Below are positions 29,877-39,989 of a stretch of DNA of 64,000 nucleotides, piece after piece. Both the position numbers and the translations under genes were made by a program. Position 1 is the stretch's first letter, and the number at the start of each line of letters is the position of its first letter. The notes beneath the pieces are model-generated. The model saw only the letters and a list, made by a program, of their open reading frames with translations, was not told the origin of the DNA and made no database searches. The stretch is from Candidatus Latescibacterota bacterium (GTDB lineage: Bacteria > Latescibacterota > UBA2968 > GCA-2709665), in NCBI GenBank assembly GCA_965208835.1, contig OZ242358.1, forward strand, positions 4,992,001-5,056,000, written 5' to 3'.

Positions 29877-31619
29877 TTACGACGCGCCGTCCACCCGGAC
29901 GGTAACGATGTCCAGATCGTGATATTTCTGGTGGCGCACCGACGACGCGTAATGGCGTAACAGCCGGAACGATATTTCGTGCTCGTCCATGATCTCGGGC
30001 TGTTCACTCAGATACGCCAGCCTGTCTTCCAGATTATCTCCCGCCGCAGCCGCCAGAAACTCCAGTTCCGCTGACTCTTCCACCTTCCTGGCGGTGATGA
30101 CGAGCAGCCGCCCGCCCTCAGGCGCAGGCTCACCGGCCTGTTCTATCAGAATCGAGAGGGTCTCTTCGCCCGCGGCGCACAACCTGCCTGTTGCCGGCTC
30201 GGACCACCCGATACCTGCCGCGAACCCGCGGATGAACTTGTCGATCCCGGGAAGCGAGGCGGTGGACAATTCGACTTGGAGGCGTTTCCGGCGTCGGGCC
30301 GTCAATTCCATGAAAGCCGTCAGCAGAATTGCCGCGAGGCCGCCCGCGGTCATCCCGTTTCCGAGCAGCGTACCCCACGTCCTGCCCAGCATGTCAGGAA
30401 AGATCACCTGATTCTGAAAGCCCACGCCCAGCCAGAACGCCAGCCCGACCACCGTGGCCTTCCGGTGATCGACGCCGTCCTCCACAATCAGCTTCATGCC
30501 CTGTACGAATAACAGGCCTATCAGCAGCGTGACATAGGCGGATGCGACCGGATTGGGAATGGCGATCACGAGGGCGGTTACCTTTGGGGACAGGGCCAGC
30601 AGGACGAATATGATCCCGATGTATATCCCGACGCGGCGCGCCGCAACCCCGGTGAGTTCGGCAAGCGAAATGCTGGTGGAATAGGTGGTATTGGGCGGCG
30701 TCCCGAAGAGACCGGAGAGCAGATTGCCCATCCCGTCGGCGTTGAGGGCGCCCTGTACCAGGCGGAAGTCGGTTGCGCGGGGCCGGCGTCGGGAGACCCG
30801 TTGAATGGCAACGCCGTCGCCAACCGTCTCGATCGCGCCGACGACCGTGACCACCACAAATGCCGGAAGCAGCGCCCAGAACTCCGCGCTCAACGAGAGA
30901 TCCAGCCCCGGCCATGCGTAATTCGGAAAACCGATCCATGGCGCGTCGAAGACCGGACGCACATCGTACAGGCCGAACGGGGCGGCAACCGCGCATCCAA
31001 CGGCGATTCCGATCAGCGGCGCCCACAGCCGCAGGGATGCGGGGGCCCGCACCGCCAGCACGACGAGGGTAACGAATGCCGCACCCGCCGCGGCCGGCGG
31101 CCCTGCCGCGGGCGTCCCCTCGGGCACGTCCGTCAACAGGCCGAAAACCACGGGCATCACCGTGACAGCGATCAGCATGATCACGGTTCCGGCGACAACC
31201 GGTGTAATGATCCGGCGCAGGAGTGAAAGACGTGAGGCCAGGGCGAACTGAAACAACGAGGACACCACGATCAGACTCGCCATTAACGCGGGCCCGCCCT
31301 TCACCAGCGCCGTAATGCACACCGCGATGAAGGCGCCTGACGTGCCCATGATGAGTACGTGGCCCGCCCCGATCCGCCCCACTCTAACGGCCTGCAGGAC
31401 CGTACTCACGCCGCTGACCACCAGCGCCGCGAAGGCGATCCAGTTCAGATAGCTGTCAGGTTGACTGGCCGCCCGGCCAATAATCACGGCGCTGAGTACC
31501 ACGGGCGCCAGGACCACAACCGCGGCCTGAAAGCCGACGGCGGCGGCGACGGTGTGCGGGGGCCGTTCGTCCGGTTCGTACCGGATGGTTTCGTTTGCAC
31601 GGGTTTCTTCCGAAGGCAT
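29877..31619 (-). CDS. NCS2 xanthine/uracil permease with an extra C-terminal soluble domain
   Basis: IMGTSGAF, IETVGD, ADGMGNLLSGLFGTPPNTTYS, ELTGVAAR; ~135-aa hydrophilic tail. Confidence 0.88.
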   Translation of the reverse strand: MPSEETRANETIRYEPDERPPHTVAAAVGFQAAVVVLAPVVLSAVIIGRAASQPDSYLNWIAFAALVVSGVSTVLQAVRVGRIGAGHVLIMGTSGAFIAVCITALVKGGPALMASLIVVSSLFQFALASRLSLLRRIITPVVAGTVIMLIAVTVMPVVFGLLTDVPEGTPAAGPPAAAGAAFVTLVVLAVRAPASLRLWAPLIGIAVGCAVAAPFGLYDVRPVFDAPWIGFPNYAWPGLDLSLSAEFWALLPAFVVVTVVGAIETVGDGVAIQRVSRRRPRATDFRLVQGALNADGMGNLLSGLFGTPPNTTYSTSISLAELTGVAARRVGIYIGIIFVLLALSPKVTALVIAIPNPVASAYVTLLIGLLFVQGMKLIVEDGVDHRKATVVGLAFWLGVGFQNQVIFPDMLGRTWGTLLGNGMTAGGLAAILLTAFMELTARRRKRLQVELSTASLPGIDKFIRGFAAGIGWSEPATGRLCAAGEETLSILIEQAGEPAPEGGRLLVITARKVEESAELEFLAAAAGDNLEDRLAYLSEQPEIMDEHEISFRLLRHYASSVRHQKYHDLDIVTVRVDGAS

Positions 31620-31653
31620 TCATCTCTCCCGATCGGTTAGCACGGTACTCCGT

Positions 31654-32427
31654 TTACATTCGCCAGACCACCAGCATCTGCGCGGTCATTTCGTCTTCAT
31701 CGGTTCCGAGCTTGTTGCGCCAATATTGGAACTCTACGCCGACCATGAACTGGCTGGCTTCGCCCGCCATCGCTTTTCCCACGTCCCACACCAGTTGCGG
31801 CTGCGCAAGGACAGACCCGTTTACGTCATCTCCGAACTCGTTGGTACGACCGCCTATGTATTCGGCGTGCCCCGTGAACGTGAACGACTGCTCGCCGGCT
31901 TCGATGGGCAGCAGCCAGCTGACGTCGAACATGAAGCTGTTACCCGTCTTCGGCGCCCCGCCGCCGTCCACGCCGGTGTTGTCGTCAATATAGGCCGTCA
32001 GGTCCGTGTTCAGAAACAGGAATCCCGGCACGCTCCAGGAGGTCCGCACGCCCGGCAGGTATTTCATTACCTTGGCGTCGCCCCCCGCGTTGAAGCCGGC
32101 GACCAGGGCGAAGTCCCGAATGGGACCCACGCGCACTTCTTTTCTCGACAGTTTGCCGAAGCTCAATGTCGGATACCACTCGGAATAGAAGTCCCTGTCG
32201 TTGAAGCCGTCGCTGCCGCTGTCGTCGATGTAATCCAGAAAAAAGAAACTGTCGCCCAGTTTCCATCTGGACGCGTTCTGCACGGTAAACACGAGCGTCC
32301 ATTCGTCGGTCCCTGAGAATGGATTCAGGTGTGAACCGTATTGAAGGTGAAACTCGGTCTGCGCGATCGCGGAGGTCCTCGCGGTAAGCAGCAGAACAAC
32401 CAAAATTCCGGTGTATGCCTTTTTCAT
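31654..32427 (-). CDS. Tsx-like nucleoside-specific outer-membrane channel
   Basis: Signal peptide, WKLGDSFFFLD, QPQLVWD, GVEFQYWRNKLG; next to the nucleobase permease. Confidence 0.78.
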   Translation of the reverse strand: MKKAYTGILVVLLLTARTSAIAQTEFHLQYGSHLNPFSGTDEWTLVFTVQNASRWKLGDSFFFLDYIDDSGSDGFNDRDFYSEWYPTLSFGKLSRKEVRVGPIRDFALVAGFNAGGDAKVMKYLPGVRTSWSVPGFLFLNTDLTAYIDDNTGVDGGGAPKTGNSFMFDVSWLLPIEAGEQSFTFTGHAEYIGGRTNEFGDDVNGSVLAQPQLVWDVGKAMAGEASQFMVGVEFQYWRNKLGTDEDEMTAQMLVVWRM

Positions 32428-32616
32428 AACGAAATCTCGTTGCGTTATTGGATCTGCAATTTGCCGGGATTGCTGATCGGAGTGGGTTTATTGCGATCGC
32501 CAACTTTGTCGGAAGCCTTGCCAGCCACAATTGCTCGATAACGGTTTGGTGAAACAATGCAGCCGGACGAAAGACGTCTAATGGTAGACCCGTAATGACA
32601 ACATTGCAGATTCGGA

Positions 32617-33720
32617 CTATTCCCTTATTGTCCAAAGGTCAAACTCATCCTGAGGTGTTGTTTTGCTACGAGAAAAGCTATCTGCCTGCCGGCGGCCTTC
32701 ACGTGCCGATCCCGCTGCGACACGAGTCTGTATTCGCCACCCTGAGTCACGGAGCGAAAGTTGTAATATCTCAAAGGGATCAGCACGGCGGTCGTTAATG
32801 CCCCCGAACCGGATTACGAGACGGGCATCCGATACCGCTTTTTTTGCACAATTGCTCCACACTCGGTGAAGGTCTGCGGCGAATATCTCAGGACTGCTAT
32901 GTTTTAGCTGACCCGTCTGGCAATAGTCTACTGAATCAGCCCCTCCCAAGAACCATAGTCTTAGCCATTGGTCTGGCATGTAGGTGCGCATTCCGTAGTA
33001 GGGTGGCGACGTAATGAACCAATGCACGTCTTCTGACACACCAATGAAGGCCCTGGATCTTCGGGCGTCGCCAAGCCACACGTTTCCGATGCTTGTCTGC
33101 AACTCCGAACTAAAGAAACGGGTCGCTCGTCTTAAAACGAGCTTCCTAATGTCTACGCAAGGTGGACATAGCCCTCTTGATTCCCAGAATCTCACTGCGT
33201 AAGCCGGCTTTGGCGCATACGTCCGCGGCGATTGGTTCGAAAAATGTGAAGGAACCGTCGGTGTTAATGGGCCATGGAGTGCCCCAAGAATGATGGCCCT
33301 TAATGCATTCTTAGGTGCCGTGTCGCATCTATCAAGGAATGCCTCGCGCAATACGCAAAGTGTCTTCAAGACGGACTCATGGTATGCAAGTTCCCAGAAA
33401 CGGGTATTGGGGACGTTTCGAGGCTTGGTTTCTTTTGACAGACACATATTCAGTTCGTCCATAATCTCGTCCGGAGTCACTGACAGGAGTTTCGCATGTG
33501 AAATTGCAACGGCAAGGGGATGGCTATCGATTCCCTGTGTCGGTAGTCCAAGCAGGCGCGCAGCTAGATTTGTAGTACCACGCCCACAGAAGGGGTCAAG
33601 CACCCATTGTCCAGGAATAGCTCGTCTTTGAAGAACAGACAGGGGAAACCGGATTGGAAACATCGTGAAGTACGGACAGATCCCATTTAACATTCCCTTG
33701 CGGTCCGCAGTCGATGACAT
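32617..33720 (-). CDS. DNA amino-methyltransferase (N4-C type motif)
   Basis: PYFTMFP, VLDPFCGRGTT (SAM binding), ITSPPY (catalytic); ATG overlaps the HerA stop (TAATG). Confidence 0.88.
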   Translation of the reverse strand: MSSTADRKGMLNGICPYFTMFPIRFPLSVLQRRAIPGQWVLDPFCGRGTTNLAARLLGLPTQGIDSHPLAVAISHAKLLSVTPDEIMDELNMCLSKETKPRNVPNTRFWELAYHESVLKTLCVLREAFLDRCDTAPKNALRAIILGALHGPLTPTVPSHFSNQSPRTYAPKPAYAVRFWESRGLCPPCVDIRKLVLRRATRFFSSELQTSIGNVWLGDARRSRAFIGVSEDVHWFITSPPYYGMRTYMPDQWLRLWFLGGADSVDYCQTGQLKHSSPEIFAADLHRVWSNCAKKAVSDARLVIRFGGINDRRADPFEILQLSLRDSGWRIQTRVAAGSAREGRRQADSFSRSKTTPQDEFDLWTIRE

Positions 33721-35807
33721 TATGCGGCATCTCCCGCTTTCACCCAAGTTGCGTTCGATGACGAACTCTTGTAGGTATGCCAGCCATCCGGACGTTCGCT
33801 GAATGTTTCGTCAAGAGCCTTGGGTACAAGACGATAGGCGATATCATCACGATTATCCAATTCGTCAGGCAAGATCTCACGAAAAAATGCATTTAACATC
33901 CCCCACGGCGCACCTTTTGTGCTCACACGTTCCTTTAGATCGCTCTGCGAAAATTCCAGAATCGCACGGGCTTCGAGCTGTCTTAACACATCTAAAGGAG
34001 GCGTTTCATCGTCGTCCTTGGTTACGTCTTCTTTGTCGTCAGCGGAATCATTGCCGCGACCCGCTAGTCCAGCGAACTGTCTCCGCAGTGCTTCAGCGTA
34101 CGTTGGTGCTGCCGGCTTATTGTATTCCGGATCACGGAGATTATGAATTGCTTCGAATGACACAACTCGAATCGGAACCGGGTACGGCTTACCCTCCACA
34201 GAACTCCAAAATACGCCCTGTCCAGGAATGGGTTCGTTCAATAGTACGCTTAGCAAGTCATCACTGAAATGAGCGTTAGCCCGGCGTACATTCCCGAGGT
34301 CTCCGCCCGAAAGCAGATGAAAGATGAACCAATTATCACCTTGGCTTAGAATCTCATTCGGGATACTTCCGGGCTGTTGGGTTACCAGAACAGTGCCAAG
34401 GTCGTACTTCCTGCCCTCCTTGACCCACGCGATATAAGGCTCTGCTGCTGTACCGGACTCATTTAGAACTGCTTGGGCCTCTTCAACGACAGCGATTGTC
34501 GGGATAGTCTTGGGATCGGCGGAGGTGAACTCTTCCTGATTCCTATCAAAGATACGACGCAGTATGAGACCCGATAGAATCAGTGCCTGCCCACCTCGAA
34601 GCTGGGACAGGTCGATCACACAAAGTCTCCCGTCTGCAAGAGCTGCCATCAGCATGTCCATCAGCTGGCTGGATGGGTCGTGAAGCATTCGCACAATTGT
34701 AGTCGCGTTGGCCCTAGCTGCCAACGCCTCAACCTCTTGTCTGTCGTCTAACTGTAGAAGCTCCACAATGTCTTGCAAAGGAGCGTCATTACCATCCTTA
34801 TGAATGAGATCCACGAGTCGTTCCCACCGATCAGCATTTAGTGCACGTAACTTTCTAACATTTTGCTGATCTTGACGTTCTGGGGATAATGCGATTCCGA
34901 TGACATCTGCGGGGCGTAAGCGTCGAATATCCAGTTTGATGCCGCCTGCGACGAATGACTGATAAAACGAACTGGGGCTTCTTCTTGGAGTAAATACCAC
35001 AAGTTTGTCTTCAAGTCCTTCAACGTCACAAAGCCCTGGCCGCCCCTTGTCATCAGGCCAGAAATATTCACCATCTGGATCAAAGAGAATGGTTCCCACG
35101 GGAACACGCCGTCCCTGTCGCTTTTCGACTGTTGGAATGCTATCGTACAATCGGCTGAACAGGAGTTTGTTTAGATTGGACTTGCCGAAACCGGCACGAG
35201 CGAATATAAGAGTTCGTCGTGAAACCAGACTTCCAAGTGCGAACCGAACCTCTACTTCTTCGTCCTGTAATTGCATCCATGACTCTGCATCTTCTCGGCA
35301 CGGTCCGTATATGTATTCCCCCATGGCCAGATGCCCTATCAAGGCTCCATTCACATTGTGGCCTGAGATCTCCCTAAGAACGTCGCCGGATGGAAACGCT
35401 ACCGGACTCCCAACGTGGGGAAGCCTACGATGCGAGGGAACAAATGTCAGCCCGTCTTCATTGCGTCGGAGAACGCCAAGCACACGAATGTTGACCCTGT
35501 ATTTTAAATAATCCTCTCGAAGATTCTCCGGTACAGCGCGGTCCTCGCGAACTGCTCTGATGTTGAATTCTTCGCCACTGCCACTCGCCAATTTTCCCTC
35601 GGACGAAAGGGAAGTAATTCTCCCTAGCACCGCTTCCTCAGGCGATTCGAGCTGTACGAGGACGAATTGCCCGTGCATAGGCGTGCTCTGAAAGTCACTT
35701 CGATATGGTAGGGCGAGATCAGCGTGAAATTCTAGCCCGCCTTCTCGGAATCCCCGAAATACTCCAATGACGTGGTGACGAGGAAAAAGCGTTAAATCGG
35801 CGGCCAT
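33720..35807 (-). CDS. herA: HerA/FtsK-family ATPase with N-terminal HAS-barrel-like region
   Basis: Walker A ARAGFGKSN, LFDPDGEY, Walker B AVVEEAQ, KEGRKYDLGTVLVTQQP. Confidence 0.88.
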   Translation of the reverse strand: MAADLTLFPRHHVIGVFRGFREGGLEFHADLALPYRSDFQSTPMHGQFVLVQLESPEEAVLGRITSLSSEGKLASGSGEEFNIRAVREDRAVPENLREDYLKYRVNIRVLGVLRRNEDGLTFVPSHRRLPHVGSPVAFPSGDVLREISGHNVNGALIGHLAMGEYIYGPCREDAESWMQLQDEEVEVRFALGSLVSRRTLIFARAGFGKSNLNKLLFSRLYDSIPTVEKRQGRRVPVGTILFDPDGEYFWPDDKGRPGLCDVEGLEDKLVVFTPRRSPSSFYQSFVAGGIKLDIRRLRPADVIGIALSPERQDQQNVRKLRALNADRWERLVDLIHKDGNDAPLQDIVELLQLDDRQEVEALAARANATTIVRMLHDPSSQLMDMLMAALADGRLCVIDLSQLRGGQALILSGLILRRIFDRNQEEFTSADPKTIPTIAVVEEAQAVLNESGTAAEPYIAWVKEGRKYDLGTVLVTQQPGSIPNEILSQGDNWFIFHLLSGGDLGNVRRANAHFSDDLLSVLLNEPIPGQGVFWSSVEGKPYPVPIRVVSFEAIHNLRDPEYNKPAAPTYAEALRRQFAGLAGRGNDSADDKEDVTKDDDETPPLDVLRQLEARAILEFSQSDLKERVSTKGAPWGMLNAFFREILPDELDNRDDIAYRLVPKALDETFSERPDGWHTYKSSSSNATWVKAGDAA

Positions 35808-35816
35808 GTTTTCTCC

Positions 35817-36962
35817 TTAGTACCTGCGTCCAGAAGTGTCAACATCCTGAAATTGGAACGCATCCAATGTTGTAGCTTCTCCAGCCAATACATCTCTAAG
35901 CCCAGAAAGGACCTGATCTTGAAGAACATCGAAATCAAAGTCGACGAGGGCAGCGTTTTCGTGAGCCCTTTGAAGGCAGCGCGGATAGAAGGGAATTGGG
36001 AACCCATCGACCGAGTCGGCGAGCAGACAACCAAGGATTACTTGAGCCTGTGCCCGCTGTGGTAGAAAAATGTCCACTGGCCATATTGGATCACTTGGGC
36101 GGCTACCGAATTTTACAAGGTGCATCTTACCACCTACGAATTTGTTGATTTCCCCACCGGGAATCTCCTCGTCGTCGCCCCTTGCATATTCAGACCAAAC
36201 ATAGGCGGCCTCTTCAAGTGGTTGCGGAACTGCGAGGTATGCAGGGTACTCTGTGGTTAGGACCCTCTCCAGTGCCATTGCCAAACGGTATCGGTCAAGC
36301 ACCTTACTGTGTTTCGCTAAACCCACAAGAAAGATGCGGCGCCGATTCTCATTCCACTCTTGAGCTATCGCTTCCTCTAATTGTTTCAAGAACTTTCGAA
36401 ACAAATCTTGGGCAAAGACCTTGCTTCGTAGCAGGCCGTCGCAGACGATCATCGTGTCGGTGCCAAAGTCCTTGTCCCGAATCACGGTCAGCAAAACTGC
36501 CCATTCCATAAGCTCACGATACACTTGTACCCAACTGGGACTAGTAGGGCGATCTTCGTCATTTAGTCGAATCATGTGGCTAAGTTTTGTGAGGTCAGTA
36601 CCTACATCTAATGCGTCCATGAGTTTGCCTACAGGAGTAAATGGCTTGCCTGATTTATCGAATTGCGTTGTTCCAAGGAGTCGGACGCTAGTGGACGGCG
36701 TTATCGCTTCGAGACAATATTCATTGTTGCTGGAATCCACTACACGAACAAGCTGAATTAGAAAAGGATCGAATTGAACACGGTTATTTCCTCCATCCGT
36801 ACCAACGAGTGATATGGAGGTGGTTTCGCGAGCCTGAATTCGACGTACCTGTGTACGGAGTGGTCTAACCTCTGCACGCAACTTCTGAAGAAGCTGGTAG
36901 TCATCTTGTATACGATTATGAATCTCTCTTCGCAGGAGGCTATGGCTGGCTGGATCTATCAT
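35817..36962 (-). CDS. nurA: NurA-like nuclease (RNase H fold)
   Basis: VGTDGG, IVCDGLL, VGLAKHS, FYPRCLQRAHENA match the NurA motif order; 9 nt upstream of herA. Confidence 0.72.
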   Translation of the reverse strand: MIDPASHSLLRREIHNRIQDDYQLLQKLRAEVRPLRTQVRRIQARETTSISLVGTDGGNNRVQFDPFLIQLVRVVDSSNNEYCLEAITPSTSVRLLGTTQFDKSGKPFTPVGKLMDALDVGTDLTKLSHMIRLNDEDRPTSPSWVQVYRELMEWAVLLTVIRDKDFGTDTMIVCDGLLRSKVFAQDLFRKFLKQLEEAIAQEWNENRRRIFLVGLAKHSKVLDRYRLAMALERVLTTEYPAYLAVPQPLEEAAYVWSEYARGDDEEIPGGEINKFVGGKMHLVKFGSRPSDPIWPVDIFLPQRAQAQVILGCLLADSVDGFPIPFYPRCLQRAHENAALVDFDFDVLQDQVLSGLRDVLAGEATTLDAFQFQDVDTSGRRY

Positions 36963-37043
36963 GGCGCCTCGTGAGATTTTGGTTGTATATTATGTAAAGT
37001 GCTGCATTGGGCACAAACTCGAACCTACGAAATAGGAGACGAT

Positions 37044-37814
37044 ATGCTTGGTATCGAACCGACGATCTTGATACTCATTGTGTGTATTGCGATGTATGCG
37101 TGTTGTGAATCGGAAGATTCGCTATCCCATTCGGATAAGGCCGCGTGGGGGTACGGCGCCGATAACGGGCCCGACGTGTGGGGTCGGCTCAGCCCGAACT
37201 ATGCGCTCTGCGCCACAGGGTCGCGCCAATCACCCATTGACCTCCGAAACCCCAGCTCGGCAAGCCTGCCGTCCATCACAATCAACTACCTGCCTACGCC
37301 CCTTAATATCCACAATAACGGCCATACCATAGAAGTTGCTTCCACCGACGAAAACTGGATAGAGGTTGGCGGCGAGAGATACAGCCTGCTGCAGTTCCAT
37401 TTCCACGCGCCATCCGAACATACGGTGGAAGGCAGGTCGTTCGACATGGAAATGCATCTCGTTCACCGCAACGGCGAGGGTGCGTTGGCCGTCATCGGCG
37501 TTCTCATCGAGCGCGGAAGCCGACACATCGCATTCGATCCCGTCTGGGCGCATTTGCCGCAAACGCCTGGTGAAATGAAACGCATCGAAGGCGTCACGGT
37601 CAACTCCGGTGACCTGCTGCCGCGTGACACGCGTACCTACAGGTATGACGGCTCGCTGACAACCCCGCCCTGTTCCGAGGACGTGAAATGGCTCGTGATG
37701 GCGACGCCCGTTGAACTCTCAGAGGCGCAGATTGCCGCATTCAAAGCTATCGTCAACAAGAATAACCGGCCGGTACAGGCGTTGAACGGCCGCGAGATTC
37801 TCACGGATATCTGA
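37044..37814 (+). CDS. Alpha-class carbonic anhydrase, exported
   Basis: QSPID, QFHFHAPSEH, EMHLVH, YDGSLTTPPCSE, NNRPVQ. Confidence 0.95.
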   Translation: MLGIEPTILILIVCIAMYACCESEDSLSHSDKAAWGYGADNGPDVWGRLSPNYALCATGSRQSPIDLRNPSSASLPSITINYLPTPLNIHNNGHTIEVASTDENWIEVGGERYSLLQFHFHAPSEHTVEGRSFDMEMHLVHRNGEGALAVIGVLIERGSRHIAFDPVWAHLPQTPGEMKRIEGVTVNSGDLLPRDTRTYRYDGSLTTPPCSEDVKWLVMATPVELSEAQIAAFKAIVNKNNRPVQALNGREILTDI

Positions 37815-37924
37815 AAGGAAGAATAGACCGGGATTGGCAGGCTGAAGAATTGGGGGAAGGAATTCTACAGTTCTAAATTCGTGTCTGCGGTTATTGGACT
37901 TCAATGCTTCCATTCTTGTAGCGT

Positions 37925-39229
37925 TCAGGATTTCCCCGGTACAGGTATCCCGTAACGATGCAAAGTGCTTGAAAGCGTGGGACGCCCCAGGCGAATCCTG
38001 CCGTCGTTCAGCAGGTATGAGAACAGATACCCGACGCCGAGCATGAGAATTCCGATGAGGAAACAATACATGACGGCTCTGTCGGGATAGACGTCCTTGA
38101 GATACCCCACGTACAACGGACCCGATATACCGGCGGCCGCCCAGGCCGTCAGGACGGCGCCGTAAATCGTAGACATCTTCTTTGTGCCGAAGACGTCCAG
38201 AACGAAGGGCGGCATGGTCGCGAATCCGCCGCCGAAGCAAAGCAGGACGTAACATACGAGGGCGGAGAATATCCAGGGATTGGTCTCCGTCATGAGGATG
38301 CCGAAGACGACCATCTGGCTGGCGAGGAGAACCCTGAAAACCGTGACCCGGCCGAAGCGGTCCGAGAGCAGTCCCCAGAACAGACGCCCCAATCCGTTGC
38401 AGATCGAGCTGACGGCGATGAGCGTGGCGCCGTATTCGGCCAGCGTGCTCGGCTCGATCGTACTATCAGCGAGGCCCCAGATCTCCTGGAGGATTTCCGA
38501 CTGGAAGCTGATGACGGAGATTCCGGCGGCGATGTTGAAGAAGAAGACGATCCACATGATGACGAACTGGGTCGTCTTGAGGTACGTTACGGCGGAGTCC
38601 GGCTCCCCGTAGTCAAAAGCATCATCGGCTGTACCGCCGGCGGGAGTCGCGGACGCAGGCGGATCGCTGAGGGCCAGGCTGCACGGGAGCAGAATGATTC
38701 CGAATATGATCCCGAGCCAGATGAAGACGAGCGGGAGTGTGCCATGCGTGGTTACGATTAAAAACGGCGCCAGCCCCTTGCTCAGCAGGAAGGCGCCGAC
38801 GCCGAAGCCCATAACGACGATACCGGTGGCCAGTCCCTTGCGGTCCGGGAACCACTTTGCTACCGTGGCGACGGGTGTGACGTACCCCAATCCGATTCCC
38901 GCGCCGCTTATCACGCCGTAACCCAGATAGAACAGCCAGATAGAATCCAGTTGCAATGCCGCGCCCGAGATCAGGTAACCGCCGGAAAACAGGATGCTGC
39001 CGGTTACCGCCAGGAATCTTGGGCCCAATCGCGAGAGCATATTGCCCGCCCAGGCCGCGGAGACTCCCAGCGTAAAGATCGCGATACTGAAGGCCCACGC
39101 GGTTTCGGTATGGGTCCAGCCGCCCTGACGAACCAGGATCGTCTGGAAGAAACTCCAGGCGTAGACCGTGCCGAAGCATACCTGCAGAACCGTGCAAAAG
39201 AGTGCGATAACGCTTCTTGGAATGCGCAA
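37925..39229 (-). CDS. MFS transporter, oxalate/formate antiporter (OFA) family
   Basis: GTVYAWSFF, VAKWFPDRKGLATG, NGLGRLFWGLLSDRFGR. Confidence 0.9.
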   Translation of the reverse strand: MRIPRSVIALFCTVLQVCFGTVYAWSFFQTILVRQGGWTHTETAWAFSIAIFTLGVSAAWAGNMLSRLGPRFLAVTGSILFSGGYLISGAALQLDSIWLFYLGYGVISGAGIGLGYVTPVATVAKWFPDRKGLATGIVVMGFGVGAFLLSKGLAPFLIVTTHGTLPLVFIWLGIIFGIILLPCSLALSDPPASATPAGGTADDAFDYGEPDSAVTYLKTTQFVIMWIVFFFNIAAGISVISFQSEILQEIWGLADSTIEPSTLAEYGATLIAVSSICNGLGRLFWGLLSDRFGRVTVFRVLLASQMVVFGILMTETNPWIFSALVCYVLLCFGGGFATMPPFVLDVFGTKKMSTIYGAVLTAWAAAGISGPLYVGYLKDVYPDRAVMYCFLIGILMLGVGYLFSYLLNDGRIRLGRPTLSSTLHRYGIPVPGKS

Positions 39230-39244
39230 CGCCGCGTCCTCCGA

Positions 39245-39988
39245 TTAACCTGGCCTTTCCGCCGACCCTCCCGGTCCCCCAACGCCAGGCGAATTCCCCG
39301 ATATATGCCGGAACAACCGGGCGAGGTCGCCTACTTCATCATCGCGGGCGAGCAGTTCGTCGTCGTCCTGCTTATCCCGCTTTCGATCGTCGGCCAGATC
39401 CACCGCGTAGGAAAGAAGCCCTCCCAGCGGTTTTGCGGCCAGGTTGACCAGCCAGATCGAAGCCAGCACGCCCACAACGAGAAAGATACTGATGAGAATG
39501 ACCTGCTGGCCGATCGCGCGTTGAATCTTAAGTGCCACGATGTCCAGGTCCATACCGACGTGAACCGTGCCGGCCACTCCGGCCAGGATCGGGCTGCCCA
39601 CCTCAAGGAAATCGCCCAGACCCGGTATGTTTCGTTCAACAGGTTCGGTATTGGACGGATCGCTCGCCAGAATCTCTTCGGGGATTCCCGGAACGAAGGT
39701 ATGCGCCAGGTATTCGCCCTTCTCGCTGGTAATATAAATGTAGCGTATGCCCTGAATCTCGACGAATTGATCGATCATCGACTGCAGCGTCGCGAGATTC
39801 CGGTTCAGGAGGATGTCCACACTGGCGTTGGCGATGGTCTTCGCGATGTCCTTGCTGTTGGACGCGTATTCGGCCGACAACTGCGTGTCTACCGTGTAGA
39901 TGCACAGGAAAGACGTCGACAGTACGATCAGCCCGAAGAGCGCAAAGATGCCGAATCGGGTCTTCTGAAACAGCCTTTGTATTTTCAT
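39245..39988 (-). CDS. Membrane sensor: TM + extracytoplasmic domain + TM + HAMP, no output domain
   Basis: Two TM helices; KPLGGL...RDDEVGDLARLF HAMP, then stop. Confidence 0.78.
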   Translation of the reverse strand: MKIQRLFQKTRFGIFALFGLIVLSTSFLCIYTVDTQLSAEYASNSKDIAKTIANASVDILLNRNLATLQSMIDQFVEIQGIRYIYITSEKGEYLAHTFVPGIPEEILASDPSNTEPVERNIPGLGDFLEVGSPILAGVAGTVHVGMDLDIVALKIQRAIGQQVILISIFLVVGVLASIWLVNLAAKPLGGLLSYAVDLADDRKRDKQDDDELLARDDEVGDLARLFRHISGNSPGVGGPGGSAERPG

Positions 39989-39989
39989 A

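Noticed and set aside
32430-37040. Defined mobile element (att sites or integrase) around the NurA-HerA island
   Set aside because: No flanking direct repeats, tRNA or recombinase found by eye; only composition suggests foreign origin.
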